Shown piece after piece: positions 38,541 through 49,870 of a stretch of DNA of 64,000 nt. The position numbers were made by a program, and so were the translations under genes. The DNA is from Torpedo marmorata (Eukaryota), in NCBI GenBank assembly GCA_977017645.1, contig OZ360236.1, forward strand, positions 64,666,001-64,730,000, read 5' to 3'. Within the stretch, counting starts at the first letter, position 1. Every line of letters begins with the position of its first letter. The notes under the pieces are model-generated. The model was not told the DNA's origin. It ran no database searches and saw only the letters and a program-made list of their open reading frames with translations.

Positions 38541-39366
38541 TCACTGGGGTCTGCAGTGCCACCATTCCAAGAACAGATCCAATTTTCTCCTTGATCTGAG
38601 GAAACCATTTTTTCTTGGTTCTGTTTATTTTAAATACATTTATTCACAACACAATTTATTTTATTTTATTTAAATATCTGTGCTCTAGAATTGCACTGCA
38701 GACTTTGCTGGTAGACACAGCTAATGGAATAATAATCTTTTGCTGATCACCATGTAATTGATGGGATTTATAGTATCTAAACCGATTACTGAAGGAGCAT
38801 TAGAACCAAACTACTAGTGAAGCCATTGTCAGATCATGTGTTAGAGAGGACAGAAAATCAAACTATATCATTAACATAAAAGATTCAAAATGGAAAGAGA
38901 AGGTGATGTGATTTATTAGTCAGTGCCACTATTCCCATTTTTGCAGGAATCTGTCATTTGACCTTTGAGAGCAAAATAAGCATAGAAAATGGTTTTAAAA
39001 ATTAGATATAAAATGGGCTTTAAATTGATTAGATGCCTTATGTTGCATGCATTAAGAACAATGCCTCATACATTACTGCAGGCCAAACTGAACTGGGTTT
39101 TAAGTGGAAATCATTCAATAATGACACAGAAAGCATATTTTAGAAAATATTTTGGAACAAAAATAAATCACGAATTTCAGCACCAATTACAATGAGATAA
39201 TGAAAGCAATCACAACATTTAAAGAAGCCCTGAGATTTGATTGCTCACAAACAGGAACATTACACCAGAAGTAAATCACGAAAATCTGTGGTTGAAGTAA
39301 AAAACACAAATGCTGGAGAAACTCAGCAGGTCAAACAGTGTCTTTTATGTAGCACAGCTAGAACTA

Positions 39367-39407
39367 CATAACCGACATTTCGGGCTTGAGCCCTTCATCA
39401 AAGTATG
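39367..39407 (-). ncRNA. Minimal type I hammerhead ribozyme-like motif (PLE terminus)
   Basis: Reverse complement reads CATACT-TTGATGA-A-GGGC(TCAA)GCCC-GAAATGTC-GGTTATG. Confidence 0.6.
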
Positions 39408-40939
39408 AGAAAATGCCGGCAGGCGTCCGATCAAAAGAGTGAGGGGGGAAGTGGGGGTGGCAAAGGCAGGAGATGATAGGTGGAGAAAGGAGGGAGGGGA
39501 CAGCAGCAAAGAGGGGGAGGAGGGATGGCTGGGTGGGTGGAAAAAAAACTGGAAGGATAGGTGAGGGGGGAGGGGAAGGAAAAGGCAAGCAGGTTTAGTG
39601 GAAAGCAGAAAAGTCAATGTTAATGCCATCTGGCTGGAGAGTGACCAGACGGAAAATGAGATGTTGTTCCTCCAATTTGCAGGTAGTCTGGGTAGGATAG
39701 TACATAAGGCCATGGACAGACATGGGATTGTGGGAGAGTGACTCGGAATTAAAATGGCTGGCTACTGGGAGGTCGCTGTTGTTGCGGACGGAGGGGAGGT
39801 GCTCAGCAAAGCGATCTCCCAATCTACGACTGGTCTCTCCGATGTAGAGAAAGCCACAAAGGGATCACTGGATGCAGTAAATAAGTTCTCTGGATGTACA
39901 AGTGAAGTGTAGTTTCACTTGGAAGGCCTGTTTGGGGCCCCGGACCGTGGTGAGGGGGGAGGTGTGGGTGCAGGTGTTGCACCCCCTGCGGGCACAGAGG
40001 AAGGTGCGGGGGTACGATGGATGGGGAGGGATGAGTGCACGAGTGAATCACGGAGGGAGCGGTCCCTGCGGAAGGCCGAGAGGGGAGGAGAAGGAAAAAT
40101 GTGTCTGGTGGTGGGAACCTGTAGTAAGTGCCAGAAATTCCGGCTGATAATGTGTTGGTTGCGGAGCCTGGTGGGGTGGTAGGTGAGGATGAGGGGGATT
40201 CTATGTTTGTTGCGTCTGGGGGCAGAGGGGGCCAGGGCAGATGAGCGGGAAATGGAGGAGATGCGGGTGAGGGCTGAGTTGATGGTGGTGGAGGGGAAGC
40301 CAAGTTTGTGGCAGACATTTCAGAAGATCTGGACTTGATAGACCTCATCTTGAGAACAGATGCAGCGGAGACGGAGAAATTGAGATAAGGGGATGGAATC
40401 CTTGCAGGGGACAGGGTGTGAGGAAGTGTAGTCCAGATAGTTGTGGGAGTTGGAGAGATTGTAGTAAATGTCGATGGAAAGCATGTCTCCTGAGATGTAG
40501 ACAGAGAGATCCAGGAAGGGGAGAGTGTTATCGGAGATGGACCAGGTGAGTTTGAGATCGGGGTAGAAGTTGGATGTGAAGTGGATGAAGTTGACAAGCT
40601 CATCGCGGGTGCATGAGGCAGCCCCGATGTAGTCGTCGATATAACGGAGGAAGAGATGAGGGGTCTTGCCTGTGTAGGCTTGCAGCATTGATTGCTCCAC
40701 AAAGCCCACAAACAGGCAGGCGTAGCTGGGACCCATGCGGGTACCCATGGCTACTCCTTTGATTTAGAGGAAGTGGGATGAGTTGAAGGAGAAGTTATTG
40801 AGTGCGAGGACAAGTTCTGCCAGGCGGAGGAGGGTGGTGGTAGATGGTGACTGGTCGGGTCTTTGGTCCAGGAAGAAGCGAATTGCTTTCCGGAGCTACC
40901 AACTCCGCATCCGCCGACCCGATCCCTGGCCCCGGCCAC

Positions 40940-41540
40940 CCACCGGATGGAGCTCCCAATGCCACGGCAGCTGACCCAACCCTGGACCCCGGCCGCTGAC
41001 TCACCGGAGCTCCCAACGCCAAGGCCGCTGACCTGAGCCCAGACCCCGGCCGCCGACTCACCTGAGCTCCCAACGCCACGGCCGCCGACCTGAGCCCAGA
41101 CCCCGGCCGCCGACTCACCTGAGCTCCCAACGCCACGGCCGCCGACTCGAGCCTGGACCCCAGCCGCCAACTCACCAGAGCTCCCAACACCACGGCCGTC
41201 GACTTGAACCTGGACCCTGGCCGCTGACTCACCGGAGCTCCCAACGCCACGGCCGCCGACCTGAGCCCGGGCCTCGGCCGCCGACTCAGCTGAGCTCCCA
41301 ACGCCACGGCCGCCGACCTGAGCCTGGACCGCGGCCGCCGACTCACCGGAGCTCCCAACGCCACGGCCACCGACTTGACCATGGACCCCGGCCGCCGACT
41401 CACCGGAGCTCACAACGCCACGGCCGCCGACCCAGGCCCTGGCCGCTGGCTCACCGGAGCTCCCAACGCCACGGCCGCCGACCCGGGCCTGGACCCCGGC
41501 CGCCGACTCACCGGAGCTCCCAACGCTACGGCCGCCCACC
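40940..41540 (+). repeat. GC-rich 57-bp minisatellite, about 11 units, in the PLE 5' region
   Basis: AGCTCCCAA recurs at 40951, 41008, 41065, 41122 and onward with 57-bp period. One unit is 51 bp. Confidence 0.92.
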
Positions 41541-42075
41541 CCTACCCGCGCCCGGGGCTCCGATACGACGGTACTCCCGACGCCATGGCCTCCCACTCCA
41601 GCCCGGGCCCCGAGCTCCTACTCACCAGAGCTCCTGATGCCTCCACTGCCGACTCCCTAAACAGACTGCTACCTGCTGGAGCCTCCCACGCTGACTGCCA
41701 CTGGAGTCCTCATCTGGCTACTGAAACCCACTTACTTATCCCCCTTACTACTCCTTCCCTATCCTCCTTCACCTCTCCCTACTCCACCCCCATCTCCCCC
41801 TCTCTGCCCCCCTCTCCTCCCGAACCCTCAGACCTCACTCCCCCCCCCTCTCAGGCTACCCCCCCTACCACCCTCTCCTACCCTCCTACATCCCCCTCCC
41901 CCCTCCGACCTCTCCCACCGACCCCCTCCGACACCCCTCTTCCCCCGCCAACAACCCCAACCCCCCTCCTCCTCTCTCCAAACTCCCCCACCCTCCATCT
42001 CCACCCTCTGACTTCCCCAACCCTCCCGCTCCCCCCAACACCCTCCACAACACCGATCCCCACTCTAACCCCTGC

Positions 42076-43732
42076 TTGGTTTTTACTATCCCCTCTGACC
42101 TTCCCCTCTCTGAGACGGAGCGCCCGGTCCTCAGTAGAGGCCTCACCTTCATCCCCCTCCACCAACACCTCAATGAGTTCCGCGCACGCCACGATGCCGA
42201 ACTCTTCTTCCGTCGCCACCGCCTCCGGGCTCACTTCCATGACCGTGACCCTCCACCCCGCACCCAAGACCCTTTCTCCCGCTTCAGGCCTTCTTCCTCT
42301 TCCTGGACACCTCATCCTGGCCAGCTGCCCGCTCTGGACCTTTTTATTTCCAACTGCCGCCGAGACATCAACCTTCTCAACTTCACCATCCCCCTCTCGT
42401 ATTCCAACCTCACCTCCTCAGAACGCTCTTCCCTCCACTCTCTCCACAACAATCCCAACCTCACCATCAAACCCGCAGACAAGGGCGGTGCGGTTGTGGT
42501 CTGGCGCACTGACCTCTACCTTGCTGAGGCCAGTCGACAGTTCTCAGACACCTCCTCCTACCGACCCCTCCCACAGGACTCCACCACTGCACATCAAGCC
42601 ACTGTCTCCAACACCATCTCTGACCTCATCACCTCCGGTCACCTTCCCTCCACGGCCACCAACCTCATTCTCTCCCACCCCCGCACTGCCCGTTTCTACC
42701 TTCTACCCAAGATACACAAACCCAACCATCCAGGCAGACCCATTGTCCAACTTCCACTCCGATCTCAAACTCACCTGGTCCATCTCCGACAACACTCTCC
42801 CCTTCCTGGATCTCTCTGTCTCCAGCTCGGGAGACAAGCTTTCCACCGACATTTACTACAAATCCTCCAACTCCCACAACTATCTGGACTACACTTCCTC
42901 ACACCCTGTCCCCTGCAAGGATTCCATCCCCTTCTCTCAATTTCTCTGTCTCTGCCGCATCTGTTCCCAAGATGAGGTCTTCCAGTCCAGATCCTCTGAA
43001 ATGTCTGCCTTCTTCCACAAACGTGGCTTCCCCTCCACCACCATCAACTCAGCCCTCACCCACATCTCCTCCATTTCCCGCTCATCTGTCCTGGCCCCTT
43101 CTGCCCCCAGACGCAACAAACATAGAATCCCCCTCATCCTCACCTACCACCCCACCAGCCTCCGCATCCAACAAATTATCCGCCGGAATTTCCGGCACTT
43201 ACTACAGGATCCCACCACCAGACACATTTTTCCTTCTCCTCCCCTCTCGGCCTTCCGCAGGGACTGCTCCCTCCACGATTCCCTCGTGCACTCATCCCTC
43301 CCCACCCATCGCACCCCCGGCACCTTCCCCTGTGCCCGCAGGAGGTGCAATACCTGCGCCCACACCTCCCACCTCACCACGGTCCGGGACCCCAAACAGG
43401 CCTTTCAAGTGAAGCTACACTTCACTTGTACATCCAGAGAACTTATTTACTGCATCCTGTGTTCCCTTTGTGGCTTTCTCTACATCGGAGAGACCGGTTG
43501 TAGATTGGGAGATTGCTTTGCTGAGCACCTCCTCTCCATCCGCAACAACAGCGACCTCCCAGTAGCCAGCCTTTTCAATTCCGGGTCACACTCCCACACT
43601 CACATGTCTGTCCATGGCCTTATGTACTATCCGACCCAGATTACCCGCAAATTGGAGGAACATCATCTTATTTTCTGTCTGGGCATTCTCCAGCCAGATG
43701 GAATTAACATTGACTTTTCTGCTTTCCACTAA
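42076..43732 (+). pseudogene. PLE RT-GIY-YIG ORF with internal deletion of the RT catalytic core
   Basis: GRPIV is joined directly to SNFHSDLKLT at ~42746 with a frame change. The YIDD region is absent and the GIY-YIG region is retained. Confidence 0.85.
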
Positions 43733-43918
43733 ACCTGCTTGCCTTTTCCTTCCCCTCTCCCCTTACCTGTCCTTCCAGTTTTTTTCCACCCACCCAGCCA
43801 TCCCTCCTCCCCCTCTTTGCTGCGGTCCCCTCCTTCCTTTCTCCACCTATCATCTCCTGCCTTTGCCACCCCCCCTTGCCCCCTCACTCTTTTGTTCGGA
43901 TGCCTGCCGGTATTTTCT

Positions 43919-43959
43919 CATACTTTGATGAAGGGCTCAAGCCCGAAACGTCGGTTATG
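43919..43959 (+). ncRNA. Minimal type I hammerhead ribozyme-like motif (PLE terminus)
   Basis: TTGATGA core, stem II GGGC/GCCC, GAAAC-GTC with palindromic ACGT stem III, stem I CATACT/GGTTATG. Confidence 0.65.
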
Positions 43960-45380
43960 TATTTCTACCTTTGATACATAAAATACACTGTTTGACCTGC
44001 TGAGTTTGTCCAGCATTTGTGTTTTTTACATTACACCAGAGTTGTGTGGTTTACCCACATTTATTCGTGATAATGGCATTCCTAATGTAAAATTCAGTTG
44101 CAGTCCTCAGTGCAAATGTCTGTTTGTTTGGAGTGCCTCACGTTGCTTTAAATGCTTCACTGCACAGATTCTGAAAGTAGCAACTACAATTCAGTACCAA
44201 GTAACATTGATGCTCCAGCCCTTAAATAAATTGTATTTGTGCCTTACTACATTGCATCAGATAGCTGAAGGCGACACACTGCAAAGTAGGGGTCATGCCT
44301 CCCTTCCTTCAGCTCAGAATTGAAGAGTAGATGATACCAAGCCTTCCTGTGAAGGTCATTCACCCCATATCTTGGAGCTGCACCTGAACAAATTTCATAA
44401 CCTTGCAAGACCTAATGGCCCTGTATATCCAGACATGATTCCGCTTTGCTGCAATCTGCAAAAAAACAGAATATTTGCACCTACGAATTAGGAACAAAGT
44501 AGACAACTCAGTCTCTGTAAGATTATAGTTGATAAAATGATCTATCTGCTTCAAAAAAATCCACCTCTCCCAGAGAGGGAGTGTACGTAGCACTAAGTAT
44601 GAAAAAATGCCCTTTAAACAATGCAGGAAGATTTCCAGGTACTGAATCCCTTAGAGGGCAGTCTATCCTGTACAAACTTTGGAAAGCTTAGATTGTTCGA
44701 ACCTGTTCAGCCTGAGGGTTTCTGCTCAAGGAAAGGCAGAGAAAGGCATTCTTCCTGAAGCAAACTTTTCGTGGCATCCGGTGCAGATCAGCTGCTATTG
44801 TCTTCTGCAATGAACGAGCGATTGAAAAGTGTGGGGTGACATTGACCTTGACATCTATGGGTGGAGAGTTGAAGTAGTTCCATCTGAAGAAAGTCACATA
44901 CACAGTGGTTACACAATGTAATTTCCTATTTAAGCTTAGAGAAAATTAGATACAATATTAAAGACAGTAAGTTTTAATTTGATAAGATCTGGGGCCCATT
45001 CATGGAATATTATCACGATTGGAAGATTTAATAAGTTTGGATGCTCCGAGGATTCTCTGTCTAGTGTCTGAAGGCCGTTATTTGATCAATATTTTTACAT
45101 TTTTTTAAATGGTAACCTTGATTAGAGGAAGGGGTTAGAATAGAATTAGGTTAGTTTTTTTTTGTTTTGTTGTTTTATTTTCCTTTCTTTTTTTTTCTTT
45201 TTATCTTTTTTTTTTATTAATTGGACAAATGGGTTTAACTATGACCGTTGTTGTTTATTTTAAATCACACAGAATTTACCCTCTGTTTATATGGAATATA
45301 ATTTAATGTAGTTACAATATTTTATATTTACATGTATATGATATGACTTGTTATCTGTTTATTACAGATTATGTATGTAT

Positions 45381-45736
45381 TATAGCGGCCCGCGACCTAC
45401 TCCGCAGGCTGACACAGCGAGCCGTGGTCGAACACGGCGATTGCGCAGGCGGCACATGATTTGGATGACCTATTTCCATAGGCCACAATGGCAAGGAGGG
45501 AACAGGCTAATCCCTAAGGATGGATCATGGCCCGACCAATCCTGGGCGTCGCGCCTTAGGCCACGCCCCATCAGTGACGCAGCAGTCAGGCTCGGCCCGC
45601 CTATAAAAGGCAAAGCCAACGGCAGAATAGGCAGTTATGTCTTGATGCTCAGAGGGTGTGCATCTCCTCTTGAGCTCCAGAACTAGAGCGACGACCGACT
45701 CGATGCGCAGAGCTATAACCGTAGCGACGCGCTACA
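45381..45736 (+). repeat. 5' LTR
   Basis: T(A)TAGC...GCTACA; CCAAT, TGACG and TATAAAA motifs; direct repeat of 49515-49870. Confidence 0.93.
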
Positions 45737-45778
45737 GTGGTGACCCTGACTGGTCCAAATGGCGATTTGGACCCGAAG

Positions 45779-46450
45779 ATGGAACAGCCTTCAATCAACA
45801 TGGTTTCATTTAAGCTGCCAAGCTTCTGGACATCGCAGCCGCTGGTATGGTTCGAGCAAGCCGAAGCACAGTTCGCCCTTCGAAGGATCTCCGATGACAC
45901 CGCCCGCTATTACTACGTGGTAAGCGCCCTCGAGCAGGAGACGGCGGCTAGAATTATTGACTTCCTGCTGCGTCCTCCAGAGCAGGGGAGGTATGTGGCC
46001 ATCAAGGAGCTGTTGTCCTGCACTTTCGGGCTCTCGAGGCGAGAGCGGGCGGCCCGATTGCTGCATATGGACGGCTTGGGGGACAGGGCCCCTTCCGCCC
46101 TCATGAGCGACATGTTCGCCTTAACGGATGGCCACAGACCTTGCCTGCTGTTCGAGCAGGTCTTCCTGGAGCAATTGCCAGAGGACATTTGGCTGTTTCT
46201 CGCGGAGGAGGACTTCAGCAACCCCAGGAGGGTAGCTGTCCGAGCGGACGAGCTCTGGGCGGCGAAAAAAGACGACTGTGCAACAATGGAGCAAGTGATC
46301 ACGTCTCGTCCACGGTGAACAACTAGGCGGCTCCCCGAACAGTCGACCCGCCAACCGATGGAGCCCACCGGTGAGGAGTACTGCTTCTACCACCAGCGGT
46401 GGGGTTCCGAGGCCCGTCGATGCCGCTCCCCCTGTGCGTTTCAGGGGAAT
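45779..46450 (+). pseudogene. gag: gag of CsRn1-like element
   Basis: KLPSFWTSQPLVWFEQAEAQF. A premature TGA at 46316-46318 precedes in-frame CFYHQRWGSEARRCRSPC (C-x2-H-x9-C-x3-C). Confidence 0.88.
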
Positions 46451-49400
46451 GCCAGGGCCGGCCGCCGTTGATGGTTGCGGTGGTCGGCCTGCATCACAAC
46501 CTCCTCCATGTACAGGACGCCCTGTCGGGCTGCCAGTTCCTGGTCGATACTGGGGCCGAAATCAGTGTTTTTCCCCCTTCCAGCTCCGACATCCGCAGCA
46601 GCAGGGTTGGACAGGGCCTGAGAGCGGCCAATAATTCAAATATTCACACTTTCGGCACCCGCACCATCCCCCTCCGTTTTGGGGACAATCATTTTACCTG
46701 GAAGTTCACGCTGGCGGCTGTGCGGCAACCGCACCTGGACACGGAATTCCTTAGGGCCAATTCCCTACTAGTGGACATTAAGGGGCGAAGATTGGTGCAT
46801 GCCACAACTTTTCAGACTCTTTCCTTGAGTGGGACTGAGCTCACTGCCCTCTGCCTACACTCGGTAGCAGCCGTCGACAGTGAGATGGCATGGATTATGG
46901 CCGAATTTCCTGCTATCACAACACCACATTTCTTCTCGGCGGAACCGAGGCACGGGGTTAGGCATCATATCATGACGACGGGACCTCCCCTTCACGCCAG
47001 GGCGCGCCGCCTTCCTCCCAAGAAACTCAACCTCGCCAAAGAAGAGTTCCGGAAAATGGAAGAGGTGGGTATCGTGCGGCGTTCTGACAGCCCCTGGGCC
47101 TCCCCACTCCACATGGTGCCCAAGGCAGCAGGGGGCTGGAGACCATGCGGGGATTACCGCTGTCTCAACGAGGCCACCACACCGGACAGATATCCAGTAC
47201 CCTACATCCAGGACTTCACTGCTAACCTACAGGGGGCACGGATATTCTCAAAGTGGACCTCGCTAAGGGCTATCACCAGATCCCGGTCCAGCCGGAAGAC
47301 ATCGCCAAGACTGCCATTATCACCCCCTTTGGTCTGTTTGAGTTTCTTTGAATGCCGTTCGGCCTGAAGAACGCAGCTCAAACCTTCCAGAGGTTGATGG
47401 ACACTGTGGGCAGCGATCTCAAGTTCACCTTCATTTATTTGGATGACATACTGATAGCCAGCCGCAATCGTGCTGAACATGCCATCCATATAAGACAAGT
47501 GTGCACCCGCCTGAAGGAGTTCTGGCTGATAATCAACCCTGCCAAGTGCCAGTTCGGGCGGGAGTTCATCGATTTCCTGGGGCACCATATTAACAGGGAT
47601 GGGGCCAGGCCACTGCCTGAAAAGGTGGAGGCCATCCGATCATTTGCAAAGCCCGCAACGATAAAGAGCCTGCAGGAGTTTGTCGGTATGATTAACTTTT
47701 ATCATCGTTTCATACCGGCAGCAGCTGGCATCATGCGGCCCTTATTCTCCCTCATGGCAGGCCCAAAGAAGGAGATCGAATGGACGCAGGAAGCATCAGA
47801 GGTTTTCCAAACCGCAAAAGACGCCCTGGCAAACGCCAAATTCTGGTGCATCCTAGGACAGACGCCCCGACAGCCCTCACTGTGGACGCCTCCAACACAG
47901 CGGTCGGGGGAGTACTTGAGCAGCTGGTCGCTGGACAATGGCAGTCGCTAGCCTTTTCCAGCGAGTACCTCCGCCCACCGGAGCTCAAGTACAGTGCTTT
48001 TGATCGGGAGCTCTTAGCTCTATACCTGGTGGTTCGACATTTCCGATACTTCCTGGAGGGCACGAGGTTCACGGACCACAAGCCACTCTCCTTTGCTTTT
48101 AGCAAGGTGTCGGCCCCATGGTCAGCCAGGCAGCAAAGGCACCTGTCCTACGTGTCTGAGTTCTCCACGGACATCGCACACATTGCCGGGAAGTCGAATG
48201 TGGTGGCCGACGCGCTATCACGGCCAGCCATACTGGAAATACACGCCCTCGCCCCAGGCATCGACTACGCAGCCCTGGCTGAGGCACAACAAGCAGACCT
48301 CGGCATGCCTGCGTACCGGATGGCGGTAACCGGTCTCCTTCTGGAGGACGTTCGCATTGGCCCAGGAAAGCATACGCTTTTGTGCGACACCTTGACTGGT
48401 ACGCCTAGACCCATCATACCTGCAGCATGGAGAAAACGGGTTTTCGACACGATCCACAACCTGGCGCACCCAGCCATCAGTACCACGGTTAAGATGGTGG
48501 CCAGCCGGTTCGTATGGCATGATCTCCGTAAAGAGGTCAGTCAGTGGGCCAAGATCTGCATGCATTGCCAGGCGTCAAAGGTGCAGACGCACATTAAAGC
48601 CTCTCTCCAGTCATTCGAGCCGGCACAACGGAGGTTCAGCCATGTGCATGTGGACATTGTAGGCCCACTGCCAGTGTCAAGAGGTGCTCGATACCTCTTG
48701 ACGGTGATGGATCGTCTGACTAGGTGGCTGGAAGCAGTCCTGCTTGTGGAAACATCCGCAGAGTCGTGTGTCAGGGCCTTGCTAAACACCTGGGTGGCGC
48801 GGTTTGGAGTCCCTGAGCACCTTACGTCGGACAGAGGTGCCCAGTTCACCTCCAGCCTTTGGGCGGCCTTGGCCAACTACCTGGGAACACAACTCCATCA
48901 TACTACCGCATACCATCCTCAGTCTAACGGGTTGGTGGAGAGGTTCCACAGGCACCTCAAAGCGGTCCTCATGGCTCGGCTCACAAGACCGCACTGGGCT
49001 GATGAACTTCCTTGGGTCCTCCTGGGCATCCGCACCGCGCCCAAAGACGATTTTGACATATCTGCGGCGGAGATGGTCTATGGCGCACCCCTTGTCATCC
49101 CGGGTGAATTCCTGGCCGACGCCGGGAACACGGAAGAGACTCCAGCGGTAGCCCTGACTCGTCTACGGCAATGACTGGGTACGCTGGCCCCGGCACAGCC
49201 CAGGGCGCATGGCCAGCCTAAAACTTACGTTCCAAGGAACTTGAAGGACTGCAAGCATGTATTTGTAAGGCGAGGGGCACATCGGCCACCACTCCAACAA
49301 CCATACGAAGGGCCGTACCGGGTTCTCAAACACAACGACTCCACTTGTGTCATAGATGTTGGCGGCAGGGAGGAAACGGTTGTGGTTGACCGACTCAAGC

Positions 49401-49514
49401 CAGCACACCTGGACCCTGGCCAACCGGTCACTCACCCTATACCACGCCGCAGGGGTCAGTCTCCCAAGGACAAGGCCACCGCACAGATCGCCGGTTCTGG
49501 GGGGGGGGGTGTCG
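46440..49514 (+). pseudogene. pol: pol (protease, RT, RNase H, integrase), frameshifted
   Basis: LVDTGA, SPWASPLHMV, YLDD, VDAS, DRELLA, integrase HHCC, DIVGP, SDRG, NGLVERF, YEGPY. Confidence 0.92.
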
Positions 49515-49870
49515 TGTAGCGGCCCGCGACCTACTCCGCAGGCCGACACAGGGAGCCGTGGTCGAACACGGCGATCGTGCAGGCGGCAAGTGATTCGGAC
49601 GACCTGTTCCCATAGGCCACGACGGCAAGGAGGGAACAGGCCAATCCCTAAGGATGGATCGTGGCCCGACCAATCCTGGGAATCGTGCCTTAGGCCACAC
49701 CCCATCAGTGACGCAGCAGTCAGGCTCGGCCCGCCTATAAAAGGCAGAGCCGACGGCAGAATAGGCAGTTCTGTCTTGACGCTCAGAGGGTGTGCATCTC
49801 CTCTTGAGCTCCAGAACTAGAGCGACGACCGACTCGATGTGCAGAGCTATAACTGTAGCAACGAGCTACA
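49515..49870 (+). repeat. 3' LTR
   Basis: TGTAGC...GCTACA after the G-tract, followed by TSD GTAT. Confidence 0.93.

Larger units (their letters stand above)
39270..44027. mobile_element. Penelope-like element (RT + GIY-YIG), head-to-head inverted composite
   Basis: Left arm (-, 39270-40880): GVAMGTRMGPSYA, RYIDD, PFLD, GIY-YIG region. Right arm (+): ADKGGAVVV, LPKIHK, GRPIV, PFLD, LIYCILC..C..LYIGETG. TSD ACATTACACCAGA at 39257-39269 and 44028-44040. Confidence 0.9.
45381..49870 (+). mobile_element. Complete CsRn1-clade-like Gypsy provirus (defective)
   Basis: Two 356-bp LTRs, 4-bp TSD GTAT, PBS TGGTGACCCTGAC (tRNA-Trp-like), G-tract PPT, CHCC gag knuckle, PR-RT-RH-IN order. Confidence 0.92.

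Noticed and set aside
40751-41596. Gly-rich repeat ORFs (281 and 202 aa), or a CRISPR-like array
   Set aside because: These are antisense readings of a contiguous 57-bp minisatellite. There are no unique spacers and no cas genes.
41375-43732. 785-aa Pro/Ser/Thr-rich ORF as a novel host protein
   Set aside because: It is an off-frame reading of C-rich PLE sequence, joined to the true thumb/GIY-YIG frame by the deletion at ~42746.
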